From Promethearchaeota archaeon (lineage in GTDB: Archaea; Asgardarchaeota; Hermodarchaeia; Hermodarchaeales; Hermodarchaeaceae), in assembly GCA_048939625.1 (NCBI GenBank), contig JBHLPH010000001.1:128001-192000 (forward strand): a stretch of DNA of 64,000 bases. The letters are read 5' to 3'. A model generated the notes under the pieces. It did not search any database. It had not been told where the DNA came from and saw nothing but the letters and a program-made list of their open reading frames with translations. Both the position numbers and the translations under genes were made by a program. Below are positions 20,796 to 30,022 of the stretch, piece after piece. Each line of letters opens with the position of its first letter. Position 1 is the first letter of the stretch.

Positions 20796-21563
20796 TTACC
20801 TCCCACGCAGAGTCTGAATATAGTAGTTCTCTAAAGCCACACCGCCTCCAACCTCAGCACGGAGCTCTTGGACCGTTCCTGAAGCAACCTTTACACCATT
20901 TGATAGGATAGTAAATTCATCACTGACTTCCTCTGCAACACTCAAAATATGAGTAGAAAGTAAAACTGTTGAACCATTTTCAGCTAGCTCGCGGATTACC
21001 TGTTTGAGGACATACCCTCCTTCAGGGTCTAATCCATAGAGTGGTTCATCCATTAGCAAAACTTTGGGATTCCGAATCAGCAATCCGGCGAGTAGGGTTC
21101 GTTGTAGCATTCCACGAGAGAGCTCGCCGAGGTATTTGTTTAGAAAACCACCGATTTCAAAGCGATTGATGTATTCAAGTCGGCGTTGCTGAAATTCTTC
21201 TTCCGGCACTTGATATAGACTGCCGATAAAAGAGAGAAATTCATCAACTCTCAGCGTCTCGTATGCTGCAGGGGCATCTGGTAAAAAGCCTAGATTAATT
21301 TTTGCTTGCCAAGATTCTCGAAGCATATCATAACCCATAATGAAGATACTTCCGCGATTGGGACGACTCAATCCGGCAATTAGTCGAAGCGTGGTTGTTT
21401 TTCCGGCTCCGTTTGGCCCAACCAGCGCATGAACAACTCCTTGTCTGATTTTGAGGTTCAGTCGATTTACTGCCAAAACTCCAGGGGGGAAAATCTTACT
21501 CAGACGAAAGGTTTCCAAAGCAGGTATTTCCTTATTCGATTGGTTCGTCGCATTAGCCATCAT
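20796..21563 (-). CDS. ABC transporter ATP-binding protein
   Basis: GPNGAGKTT, LSRGM, LLMDEP..GLD, LSTH. Confidence 0.95.
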   Translation of the reverse strand: MMANATNQSNKEIPALETFRLSKIFPPGVLAVNRLNLKIRQGVVHALVGPNGAGKTTTLRLIAGLSRPNRGSIFIMGYDMLRESWQAKINLGFLPDAPAAYETLRVDEFLSFIGSLYQVPEEEFQQRRLEYINRFEIGGFLNKYLGELSRGMLQRTLLAGLLIRNPKVLLMDEPLYGLDPEGGYVLKQVIRELAENGSTVLLSTHILSVAEEVSDEFTILSNGVKVASGTVQELRAEVGGGVALENYYIQTLRGR

Positions 21564-21605
21564 GTGGACCTCATAGCAGTATTTCAGTCATATAGTAGTC
21601 CCGTT

Positions 21606-22073
21606 TTATGGGAGTCCCCATTGAGGAGGTAGTGGTATAAACATCAACACGATAATGATGATGAGTGCCCCTCCTATAATGAGTGCAGCTCGAACAATAG
21701 GTGTGATGCTTTGATACCCTGTTTTTAGTGCCAGTGAGAATAACGCGGCACCAATAAGAAATCCACCAAGTCCTCGGAATACAATATAGATTGGAGCTAA
21801 GATGGGAATAAGACTTGGTGTCGTGAATTGGAAATAGGTAATGAGAGCTAAAATGAAAGTGGCGAGTGTAATGAAAAACAAGCCCACAATGAGAAAACGA
21901 TGCTCAGAGAAGGATTTGAGCTCCCCGAATTCTTGGAGCGCATACTGTTTTTCAATGAGGGTTATGAGTTCAGCTCGACTCATCGAATCAGTAACCTTGA
22001 TCCCAAGTTGTTCAGCTTCTTTTTCCAGTCCCTTGCGGTCTAATGTCAATAACTTGTCACGTAAATCTGTCAC
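21606..22073 (-). CDS. Rho_N/HeH-like N-terminal domain + three TM helices
   Basis: LLTLDRKGLEKEAEQLGIKVTDSMSRAELITLIEKQ fits the helix-extension-helix pattern. Confidence 0.65.
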   Translation of the reverse strand: MTDLRDKLLTLDRKGLEKEAEQLGIKVTDSMSRAELITLIEKQYALQEFGELKSFSEHRFLIVGLFFITLATFILALITYFQFTTPSLIPILAPIYIVFRGLGGFLIGAALFSLALKTGYQSITPIVRAALIIGGALIIIIVLMFIPLPPQWGLP

Positions 22074-22238
22074 GTTCCAACCTCCACACTAAAGTTATGG
22101 GGTTTTCTGCTATTAATTAGCCTGGGAAGTATAGCCTTTTGCTTGCGACTAGCTTCTTATACATTTTTATCTTGGCAATATTTGCCGCTAGAGCCTATCT
22201 GCTACACGTGTTGACTAAGACGAGCTCCTTTTAGGCAT

Positions 22239-22505
22239 TTATACAGATTTAGTTGGTGGTGGGGTGGTGTTCAAAAGTAGGAAGAGGCTGTAAATGAGGA
22301 GCCCAATGAAGATTCCTGAGGAAATGAAGAAGTAAGTAGTTTTGAACAGATCTGATCCAAGAAGCGGAACCCACGCAGGCCAGAATGGCGCTGTCCAGCC
22401 AAATGCAAATATGATGGACCCAATTGTGAGTAACAATGCAGCGAGAAGCCACCGACCGCGATCGGACATTTTTGATACCATATTATGACCTACATTAAGT
22501 ATCAT
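22239..22505 (-). CDS. Small two-TM membrane protein
   Basis: Two hydrophobic helices. Confidence 0.6.
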   Translation of the reverse strand: MILNVGHNMVSKMSDRGRWLLAALLLTIGSIIFAFGWTAPFWPAWVPLLGSDLFKTTYFFISSGIFIGLLIYSLFLLLNTTPPPTKSV

Positions 22506-22540
22506 TTCACTGGGAAAAAGGGATTCTATAGTTTTTTGTC

Positions 22541-25402
22541 TTAACTGTTTCCCTTCCTTTGAGGTTCGTCTGTCTTCGATTCGAAGGTGGGTTCCCTTTG
22601 ATGTCGTTCACGATAGCGTAGAATGAACTTGAAGACTTCCACAACTACAAATATTGAGAAGGTGAGAAGAATGATGATGAGCCAATCTTGAAGAAGAAGA
22701 GGTTGTGTACGAAAAACAATTTGGAGTGGTGGAAAATAGATAATGAATAATTGGAGTATAATAGAAACAGCGATTGCAAGGATCAGATACCGATTTTTGA
22801 AAAAGCCCACTTGAAAGAGAGAGAGATGCCCTGACCGAGAATTCAGAGCATGCACCATCTGAGTCATCACCAGAACCGTTAAAGCTAGTGTACCCGCTCG
22901 AAGAACAGCTTGATCAGGTGATAAGTTGAATGGTGGATTTGTAAGGCTAAACATTGTAACATAATATATCCATAAAGTGGCAAGGGCAATGGCTACACCC
23001 ACCACCCATATTAGGACCCAGACCTGTCTTGTAATGATGCCTTCTTGGGGATCCCGGGGCCCCCGTTTCATCACATCAGGTTCCATGGGATCCATTCCCA
23101 ATGCGAGGGCAGGTAGTCCATCAGTAACCAGGTTAATGAATAGAATCTGAATAGCTAGCAGGGGTAGTGGCCAGCGGAAGATAATCGAGAGTGTGATGCT
23201 GGCTAGAAAGATGACTAGGATTTCTCCTGCATTACAAGATAAGAGATATGAAATAAATTTCCGGGTATTGTCTCCGATACCTCGACCTTCCTCAATGGCA
23301 TTCACTATCGAGGAGTAGTTATCATCTGTTAGGATCATATCAGAGGCTTCTTTAGCTACATCCGTTCCTGTGACACCCATAGCAATTCCGATGTCAGCGT
23401 ATTTGAGGGCAGGCGCATCGTTGACTCCATCACCTGTCATCGCTGTGATGTGCCCACGGGTTTTCAAAGCTTGAACAATCCGAAGCTTATGTTCAGGTGA
23501 GACACGAGCATAGACACGAACTTGGGGAGCAGCATCCGTGAGGTCAGCATCTGAAAGGGCATCGAGAGCACTACCAGTTAGGACTGCATCATCCTCTTCG
23601 AACATTCCGAGTTCGTTTGCAATGGCAAGCGCTGTATACTGGTTGTCGCCAGTAATCATGATAGATTTGATTCCCGCAGTCCGTGCTGTTTTAATAGCAT
23701 CGTATACTTCAGGACGAGGCGGATCCATCATCCCGACAAGTCCCACGAATACGAGATCAAATTCGATGCCTTCTGGTGAGATGTCGCAGAGATCTTCGGG
23801 ACAAATCCGGTACGCCATTCCCAGAACACGGAGGGCTTTGTTAGCCATTTTATCATTGTTGCTTAAGATTTCAGCGCGTTGTTCTTTGGTTAGGGCTTGA
23901 ATTCCGTTAGCTGTAAATATGTAGGAACTTTGCTCCAGAACAACTTCAGGAGCACCCTTGATGTAAGCAGTTGTCTCCTGTTCGGGCGTATCATGGAGCG
24001 TGGACATACGTTTTCTATCAGGATCAAAGGGCAATTCGGCAATCCTAGGATATTCATTTAGTTGCGTGTCAGTGAATCCTGCTTTCTGAGCTGCAACCAC
24101 CAAAGCTCCCTCAGTAGGATCACCTATTACATGCCATTTACCCTCTTCTTCCCGAATTATAGCATTACTACAAAGAACACCTATACGTAGAAGCAAGGCT
24201 AGTTGACCATTTTGTAAAGGATCAATTGGTTGACCGTCGGCTGAAAAGGAGCCCTCTGGAGAATATCCAGCGCCTGTGACATGCACAGAGTATCCGGGAA
24301 CATAGAGCTCACGGACTGTCATTTCATCTTTGGTTAGAGTACCGGTTTTATCAGAGCAAATAATATCAGCAGAGCCTAGGGTTTCAACGGCGGGAAGTCG
24401 TCGGATGATGGCATTTCGTTTCACCATCCGTTGGACGCCTAAAGCCAAAGTTATTGTTACCACTGCAGGTAGACCTTCTGGTATTGCGGCAACAGCGAGT
24501 GCTACAGCAATTACGAATAAGTCGAGGAAGGTCGAAAAAGTAAGCATGGCCATAATCCAAGCAACAACTACCTGAATGGTCAGCACAATCATACAGATAA
24601 TCAGAATCGCAATACCAAGTTGTCGCCCAAGTTGTCGCATGCGTTTCTGTTGAGGAGTTTCTTTTTCTCCCGCTTCTGAAATGAACCCTGCAATCCGTCC
24701 TATTTCAGTGTTCATCCCCGTTTCGGTCACAACTGCAAGACCTCGCCCAGAAGTGATTGCGGTACCTGCGTGGACCATATTGGATTGATCAGCTAGTGGG
24801 ATGTTACGATCAAGAATTCTGTCTGCTTCCTTTTTAACTGGCATCGATTCCCCTGTGAGCGATGCCTCGTCTGTATAGATATTATTGGACTCAATTAGCC
24901 TTGCATCTGCTGGGAGACGGTCACCCATTTCCAATCGTAGAATTTCACCTGGTACTACTTCCGTTGCTGGAATATCAATCGGTTCGCCATTTCGGAGCAC
25001 ATGCGCTTGAGGTGCTGCCATTTTTTGGAGAGCTTCAATAGATTTCTCAGCTCGATATTCCTGAGTGAAGCCAAGAATAGCATTGAGAATTACAATTATC
25101 ATGATAACAATGGCGTCAATAGGTGGTTCGGGATGCTCCGTTATGATTCCTGAGTAGACATTCACGACCAAGGAAATAATGGCTGCAAAAATCAGTATGA
25201 TGACTAACGCTTCTTTGAATTGTGAAAGAAACATGGAAAGGGGACCAGGGCCCTTGGCTTCTTCAAGAGCGTTTGGACCGTATTCAGCTAATCTGCGTTG
25301 TGCCTCTTCCAGACTGAGTCCATCTTCTGTGACTTGCAGCTGTTCCATGACTTGGGATGCATTCTGAGTATGAGGAGGAGGAATATCAGTCGTCAAGGAC
25401 AC
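22541..25402 (-). CDS. P-type ATPase, P2A (Ca2+-transporting) type
   Basis: TGES, IPEGLP, DKTGT, KGAPE, GDGVNDAP, CNAGE, NLVTDG. Confidence 0.95.
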   Translation of the reverse strand: MSLTTDIPPPHTQNASQVMEQLQVTEDGLSLEEAQRRLAEYGPNALEEAKGPGPLSMFLSQFKEALVIILIFAAIISLVVNVYSGIITEHPEPPIDAIVIMIIVILNAILGFTQEYRAEKSIEALQKMAAPQAHVLRNGEPIDIPATEVVPGEILRLEMGDRLPADARLIESNNIYTDEASLTGESMPVKKEADRILDRNIPLADQSNMVHAGTAITSGRGLAVVTETGMNTEIGRIAGFISEAGEKETPQQKRMRQLGRQLGIAILIICMIVLTIQVVVAWIMAMLTFSTFLDLFVIAVALAVAAIPEGLPAVVTITLALGVQRMVKRNAIIRRLPAVETLGSADIICSDKTGTLTKDEMTVRELYVPGYSVHVTGAGYSPEGSFSADGQPIDPLQNGQLALLLRIGVLCSNAIIREEEGKWHVIGDPTEGALVVAAQKAGFTDTQLNEYPRIAELPFDPDRKRMSTLHDTPEQETTAYIKGAPEVVLEQSSYIFTANGIQALTKEQRAEILSNNDKMANKALRVLGMAYRICPEDLCDISPEGIEFDLVFVGLVGMMDPPRPEVYDAIKTARTAGIKSIMITGDNQYTALAIANELGMFEEDDAVLTGSALDALSDADLTDAAPQVRVYARVSPEHKLRIVQALKTRGHITAMTGDGVNDAPALKYADIGIAMGVTGTDVAKEASDMILTDDNYSSIVNAIEEGRGIGDNTRKFISYLLSCNAGEILVIFLASITLSIIFRWPLPLLAIQILFINLVTDGLPALALGMDPMEPDVMKRGPRDPQEGIITRQVWVLIWVVGVAIALATLWIYYVTMFSLTNPPFNLSPDQAVLRAGTLALTVLVMTQMVHALNSRSGHLSLFQVGFFKNRYLILAIAVSIILQLFIIYFPPLQIVFRTQPLLLQDWLIIILLTFSIFVVVEVFKFILRYRERHQREPTFESKTDEPQRKGNS

Positions 25403-25509
25403 GTCCAGCGATATTTATAGGATAGTCTAATGTGAGCGTTAATATTGAGGCATTCAACGTATCTCATTTATTTAACGTTGTGTATCGTAAGCTCACTTCT
25501 GGGAAGTGA

Positions 25510-26163
25510 TTATGCACTAGGCTTTTCAACTGTCGTTTCCTTTGGAAAAAGTGTCTTGGCGATTTCGTGTCGATATTTCACTTCGACTTGTGAGAGTAAG
25601 GTCTCTATCCGATAATCCACGGTGATATTGCCTTCTTTGTTTTGAACCATAACGCCACCAATTATGCCAAGTGCTTGTTTTCCAACGGTGACTTTGGTAC
25701 TCTGATTAGTTGTTTTTGAAATTGCCGTTCCAAGACCTGTAATCTTTGAGATGACAGCGTGGTCTTCCTTTCGGGCAAGAACAATAAGATCCCCACCACC
25801 AACCTGAATTCCAGCATTGATGATGAGATTTTTCAGAAATGCCTTATATCGCGCAGTTCCTCGTTCCTTTTCAAATTGCGTCTGAGCTTCTTGGAACGCT
25901 GTATCGATCATCTTAGCTTTGGCACTCATTATCCGCATATGCGCATCATTTCGAGCTTTTCCTATAATTCGGTCACCTGATCGCTCAGCCATTTGCTTCC
26001 GACGGTCAGCCCAACCAGAGAGAGTGGATTGTGCGTTTTCTTGAGCAACCTCGATTAGTTCTCGTGCTGAGACTTCAGCTTTTTGGATAATCTGTTTAGC
26101 GTCAGCTTTTGCCTCACTAATAATCATTTGTTCGATTTGATCTGAAGACGAGATATTGCTCAT
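25510..26163 (-). CDS. atpE: A/V-type ATP synthase subunit E
   Basis: N-terminal coiled coil (IISEAKADAKQII), IIGGVMV...G.I.VD. Confidence 0.85.
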   Translation of the reverse strand: MSNISSSDQIEQMIISEAKADAKQIIQKAEVSARELIEVAQENAQSTLSGWADRRKQMAERSGDRIIGKARNDAHMRIMSAKAKMIDTAFQEAQTQFEKERGTARYKAFLKNLIINAGIQVGGGDLIVLARKEDHAVISKITGLGTAISKTTNQSTKVTVGKQALGIIGGVMVQNKEGNITVDYRIETLLSQVEVKYRHEIAKTLFPKETTVEKPSA

Positions 26164-26486
26164 TTGTTTGCACCTCCATATGAATAAACAGAAGAAACTA
26201 TGAGATCAACGGTTTTCTTCAAATGCTTCTTCCCTTGTTCCTCAATAGCGGCGGCTTCTTGCTCAGCTTTGGAAAGAATAGTTTTGGATTGCGTTTGAGC
26301 CTTTTTCTCTACACCCTTTTGCTGGGTAGCAATTTGCGCCGCCAGTTCATCCCGAACTTTCTGTTCAGTTTCGCGTGCCTGGCGTTCAGCCTCACGCTTA
26401 ATTTGCTCAGCTTTTGCTTGGGCTTCTTCAATAATCTTTGCAGCCTTAGCTTCGGCACTTTGGATACCAGATAAAACCTCGCTCAT
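26160..26486 (-). CDS. atpH: A/V-type ATP synthase subunit H (G-like peripheral stalk)
   Basis: Ala/Glu/Lys-rich coiled coil (IQSAEAKAAKIIEEA); overlaps the atpE start. Confidence 0.8.
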   Translation of the reverse strand: MSEVLSGIQSAEAKAAKIIEEAQAKAEQIKREAERQARETEQKVRDELAAQIATQQKGVEKKAQTQSKTILSKAEQEAAAIEEQGKKHLKKTVDLIVSSVYSYGGANK

Positions 26487-26654
26487 CGTTTACACCGAAA
26501 GAACCTGACAATACCTTAGTCGGTAATCGCCTTTCAACAAAGACCTATCCTAATAAGCATTATTATCCGTTAAATTTCTGAAATTGGATAATCTTCCGAA
26601 ACCTTAAGAATGGGATTCCCTTTACTATCGACCCCCAAATGAGAATTTATCTCA

Positions 26655-26903
26655 ATGGGAGCTTCGGTGACAGAGTTGAGTGATGAACCTCCAATGTCAG
26701 GTGGAAGGGTATTCCGTTATACCACGATCGCCTGCGAGATTCTCGTTTTTGCCTTTGTTGGATGGATTATTGGACCATATATCTGGGGACCAAACGGACA
26801 ATATCTTGGAGCCCTTATCGGAGCATTACTCGGTACTCTTATGATGTTTTGCACGCTGTTCTACCTAGCAGGACTCTTTGGAAGAAAGGAGAAACAAGCG
26901 TAA
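26655..26903 (+). CDS. AtpZ/AtpI (ATPase gene 1)-like two-TM protein
   Basis: Two Gly-rich TM helices (VGWIIG..LIGALLG); immediately upstream of subunit C. Confidence 0.5.
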   Translation: MGASVTELSDEPPMSGGRVFRYTTIACEILVFAFVGWIIGPYIWGPNGQYLGALIGALLGTLMMFCTLFYLAGLFGRKEKQA

Positions 26904-26943
26904 GAAGAAGGCTTATCAAAAGTGAGTGAGAAGGTAGCACACA

Positions 26944-27993
26944 ATGTCCGTCGCACGATACAGTTTCATCAACGCTAAAATTAGAGGATATAAAGCCGAT
27001 ATGCTTACTTCTGAGCATTGGGATGCTCTTCTTGGTGCGCGAGACATGTATGCGGCCCTCCGTGTGCTCGATACAACCAGTTATGCCGATATCGTGAAGG
27101 ACTTTGATGAAACTGCGACGCCACAAGAGGTTGAACAAGCTCTGCAGCTAGACTTCAACCGTGTTCTTTCAGAAATCCGGACCGATGTCCCTAAAAGCGC
27201 CCAAACACTCATGAACTGGATTACACGAAAATTCCAACGAGAAGTTGTTAAACCCATCCTCCGACTTTTCGTTACTGAGAAAGATGCGAGTTTGGCAGAA
27301 CGTCTACTTGTGCCTGTGGATCCTTTCACAACAACCGTTCTGCTAGATCTGCTTTCAGCCAAAGACCTAAATGAATTTATAGACAAAATCCCCGATCGAT
27401 ATTTCAGAAATATAATCAGGGATAATCTGCCGAAATACGAGGAAACTAGCAGATTGGTAATTATCGAACAAGCCATTGACGCAGATATTTTGAATAACTT
27501 ATACTTGGAAGCCCAGAAACTCAAAGGTCTTGATAAAGACGTTACCTCAAAGCTTGCTGGTGTAGAAATTGATCTTGTGAACCTAATGATAACTCTTCGA
27601 ACTCACTTTCTCGGAATCGAGCAAGCAGACGCTGAAGCCCTTCTTCTCGATGCGGAATATCGCCTATCTCGTAATTTATGTAAAGAGGCATTAGCTGCAA
27701 GAAGCTTTGAGGAACGCGTACGAAAACTCCAAGAAAGTGTATATGGATCGATGATTGCCAAAAGCTGGGAAGCTTATGAATTACACCAAACGCTCTACAC
27801 TTTTGAGCACACATTTCATGAACAAATCCGACGAGATAGCACCGATGCACTCCTCGGGTATCCATTCCATCTGGGAATTGTCCTTGGCTACCTTAATCTG
27901 AAATGGTACGAAATCGTCAATTTGAAAGCCGTGATGAATGGAAAAGCTGATCAAATTGATCCAAATATAATCCGTCGCGTCCTTATCCTATAA
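26944..27993 (+). CDS. atpC: A/V-type ATP synthase subunit C (d/AC39)
   Basis: YSFINAKIRG, L..TSY, EIDLVNL...LR, LGYL.LKWYEIVNLK. Confidence 0.9.
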   Translation: MSVARYSFINAKIRGYKADMLTSEHWDALLGARDMYAALRVLDTTSYADIVKDFDETATPQEVEQALQLDFNRVLSEIRTDVPKSAQTLMNWITRKFQREVVKPILRLFVTEKDASLAERLLVPVDPFTTTVLLDLLSAKDLNEFIDKIPDRYFRNIIRDNLPKYEETSRLVIIEQAIDADILNNLYLEAQKLKGLDKDVTSKLAGVEIDLVNLMITLRTHFLGIEQADAEALLLDAEYRLSRNLCKEALAARSFEERVRKLQESVYGSMIAKSWEAYELHQTLYTFEHTFHEQIRRDSTDALLGYPFHLGIVLGYLNLKWYEIVNLKAVMNGKADQIDPNIIRRVLIL

Positions 27994-28034
27994 TCGCTCC
28001 TTAATGTGTGACTGAGTAAAAATCTGGAGGTACG

Positions 28035-28415
28035 ATGAATATGGGTTCCCATCACATTCTTTTTGATGAAAATTTGAGCACCTCCCGAAAAACGCTAGCG
28101 GGTCAACTCTATCAAATACTCCTATCGAATAACTGGGTATGCCATTCTGTTCATGATTTCCCGGATTTAATTGGTCACCCTGACGAAGAAATCATCGCAT
28201 ATGCAAAGAAGCAGAAGTGGTCCTTACTAACCCTTGATAAACGAATGGCCTATTTATCCGTCAAAGAAGGAGTTCAAACCTACCTGATTCTTCACGAGAA
28301 ACGAAGTGATGAAGACGAAGAAATCGAAGAATATACGGTCGTTCATCTCGAACCCTTCGCTACTATCGAAGCCAGGAAAAGCTACGATGCCCGACTCACA
28401 GGACCCAGCAAATGA
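28035..28415 (+). CDS. PIN-like (DUF5615/Mut7-C type) protein
   Basis: ILFDENL, DEEIIAYA, LLTLDK. Confidence 0.65.
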   Translation: MNMGSHHILFDENLSTSRKTLAGQLYQILLSNNWVCHSVHDFPDLIGHPDEEIIAYAKKQKWSLLTLDKRMAYLSVKEGVQTYLILHEKRSDEDEEIEEYTVVHLEPFATIEARKSYDARLTGPSK

Positions 28416-28427
28416 GAAAAGTGCAAA

Positions 28428-28805
28428 TTAGATTAGTCGCAATTCATGGACTTTTCCAATGAACTTATCGTAATCGCCTTTACTCACCGAATAGATGTGA
28501 TACTTTGAATTCCCAGAATCATCATCGTAGGTCAAATACATTAACGTGGGTCCACCAGTCCAACGTTCATAACTTTGACCAACAAGTCGATCAGAGGGAA
28601 AGGCATGTAGTCGTTTCTTTTCTTTCTTGAACGTACCCTTAACTTTAAGAAAGACGAATTCTTTTTCTGTGAGAACCAATTCGCCTTTCGTTTTCTCTAG
28701 CGTGTTAAATCCGGTTTCATCACGAATTTCATGCGTTGCTTTGATAGAAATGATTACTTTTGCACCACCGAAAGGATCAGCCTCAGTCAATACAGCCCAC
28801 CTCAA
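28428..28805 (-). CDS. Hypothetical protein, PH-like fold
   Basis: G.LVLT...FVF beta pattern and C-terminal helix. Confidence 0.5.
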   Translation of the reverse strand: MRWAVLTEADPFGGAKVIISIKATHEIRDETGFNTLEKTKGELVLTEKEFVFLKVKGTFKKEKKRLHAFPSDRLVGQSYERWTGGPTLMYLTYDDDSGNSKYHIYSVSKGDYDKFIGKVHELRLI

Positions 28806-28909
28806 TACAAACGTGACTAAGAAAGATAAAAGCGTTGGGAAGACTTCAAGCGTACCTTCCCAACTAGCTTCTTCTAAGTATCAAGTCGAGAAAAGGAAAA
28901 TTCATTCAA

Positions 28910-29944
28910 TTAGATTAGCGCATCGCTAACTTCACTAATGATCTGATGATAGATTGACTCTGCTTTCTGTTGGGATTTAATTCCTCGAATTAAGATATTG
29001 CCTTCCCCAACAATACTGACTTCAATTCCTTTCGCAAACTGTATTTGCACACCCATCGATGTTTGAGCTATAATAGGATACTTTTGTCGAAGAATAGCGG
29101 TTGCCTGTTTGATATCAATCGGAATGGCATCATATGCGTGTACCAAGAAGGTCTCCTCTGTACATAATTCTGTTATTTCAAGTCCAGCTTGAATCTTAGG
29201 TTCGGCTAGTTTAACCGCAGGTCCGCAGACTGGACAGTTCTCATGGGATTGCAGAGGAATCTGGTCAAGTCGAAAGCGTGTGATATCAAACATGAGAAGT
29301 TCGTTCGCTAGTAACGGTGGTTTATCGAGAATTAGATGCAACACCTCTTGTACCTGCAGATTAGCAATTACTCCCAACACCGTCGGATAGATCCCGACTG
29401 TCGCACAAGTCGGTTGATCCTCCTCCAAGCCACCAAATACACATTCGAGGCAGGCAGTTTTCCCAGGAATTATAGTTGTTAAATTGCCTACCCCAGCCAA
29501 TGCCCCAGCAAACACGTAAGGAATTCCCTGACGCACGCAAGCACGATTCAGGGCATATCGTGGCTTAAAACTATCTAAACCATCCACCACTACATCCATC
29601 CCTTTCACCACACGATCCGCCGTAGTTTCCGTCACCGAAAGCGCCCATGGTTCAACCGAAACCTCCGCATTAAGTTGCTTCAATCGATTCATTGCCACCT
29701 CCACCTTCGGCTTCCCCACATCCTCAGCCGTATACAGTAACTGACGCTGCAGATTCGAAAGTTCAATAATGTCACGGTCCACAATTCGAAGCGTGCCAAT
29801 CCCCAGTGAAGCCAATTGCCGAGCCGACACACTCCCTAATCCACCAATCCCAACAACCACAACTTTCGCCTCACGGATTCGCTCTAAACCCACTTTTCCA
29901 ATTCCATCAAGCACGCGGAATCGGCTATACCGATCTTCCGTCAT
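28910..29944 (-). CDS. moeB: ThiF/MoeB family E1-like adenylyltransferase
   Basis: RYSR, GIGGLG, SNLQRQ, CLEC, TCATVG, CPVC. Confidence 0.9.
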   Translation of the reverse strand: MTEDRYSRFRVLDGIGKVGLERIREAKVVVVGIGGLGSVSARQLASLGIGTLRIVDRDIIELSNLQRQLLYTAEDVGKPKVEVAMNRLKQLNAEVSVEPWALSVTETTADRVVKGMDVVVDGLDSFKPRYALNRACVRQGIPYVFAGALAGVGNLTTIIPGKTACLECVFGGLEEDQPTCATVGIYPTVLGVIANLQVQEVLHLILDKPPLLANELLMFDITRFRLDQIPLQSHENCPVCGPAVKLAEPKIQAGLEITELCTEETFLVHAYDAIPIDIKQATAILRQKYPIIAQTSMGVQIQFAKGIEVSIVGEGNILIRGIKSQQKAESIYHQIISEVSDALI

Positions 29945-30022
29945 TTATGGCACCACCATTTCACCGAGTACTAACTGGTACTGACAATTCTTGACCTTTT
30001 CTAAACTTCTATAGAAAGTGCC

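Noticed and set aside
28035-28415. Toxin-antitoxin pair
   Set aside because: The PIN-like gene has no adjacent antitoxin candidate.
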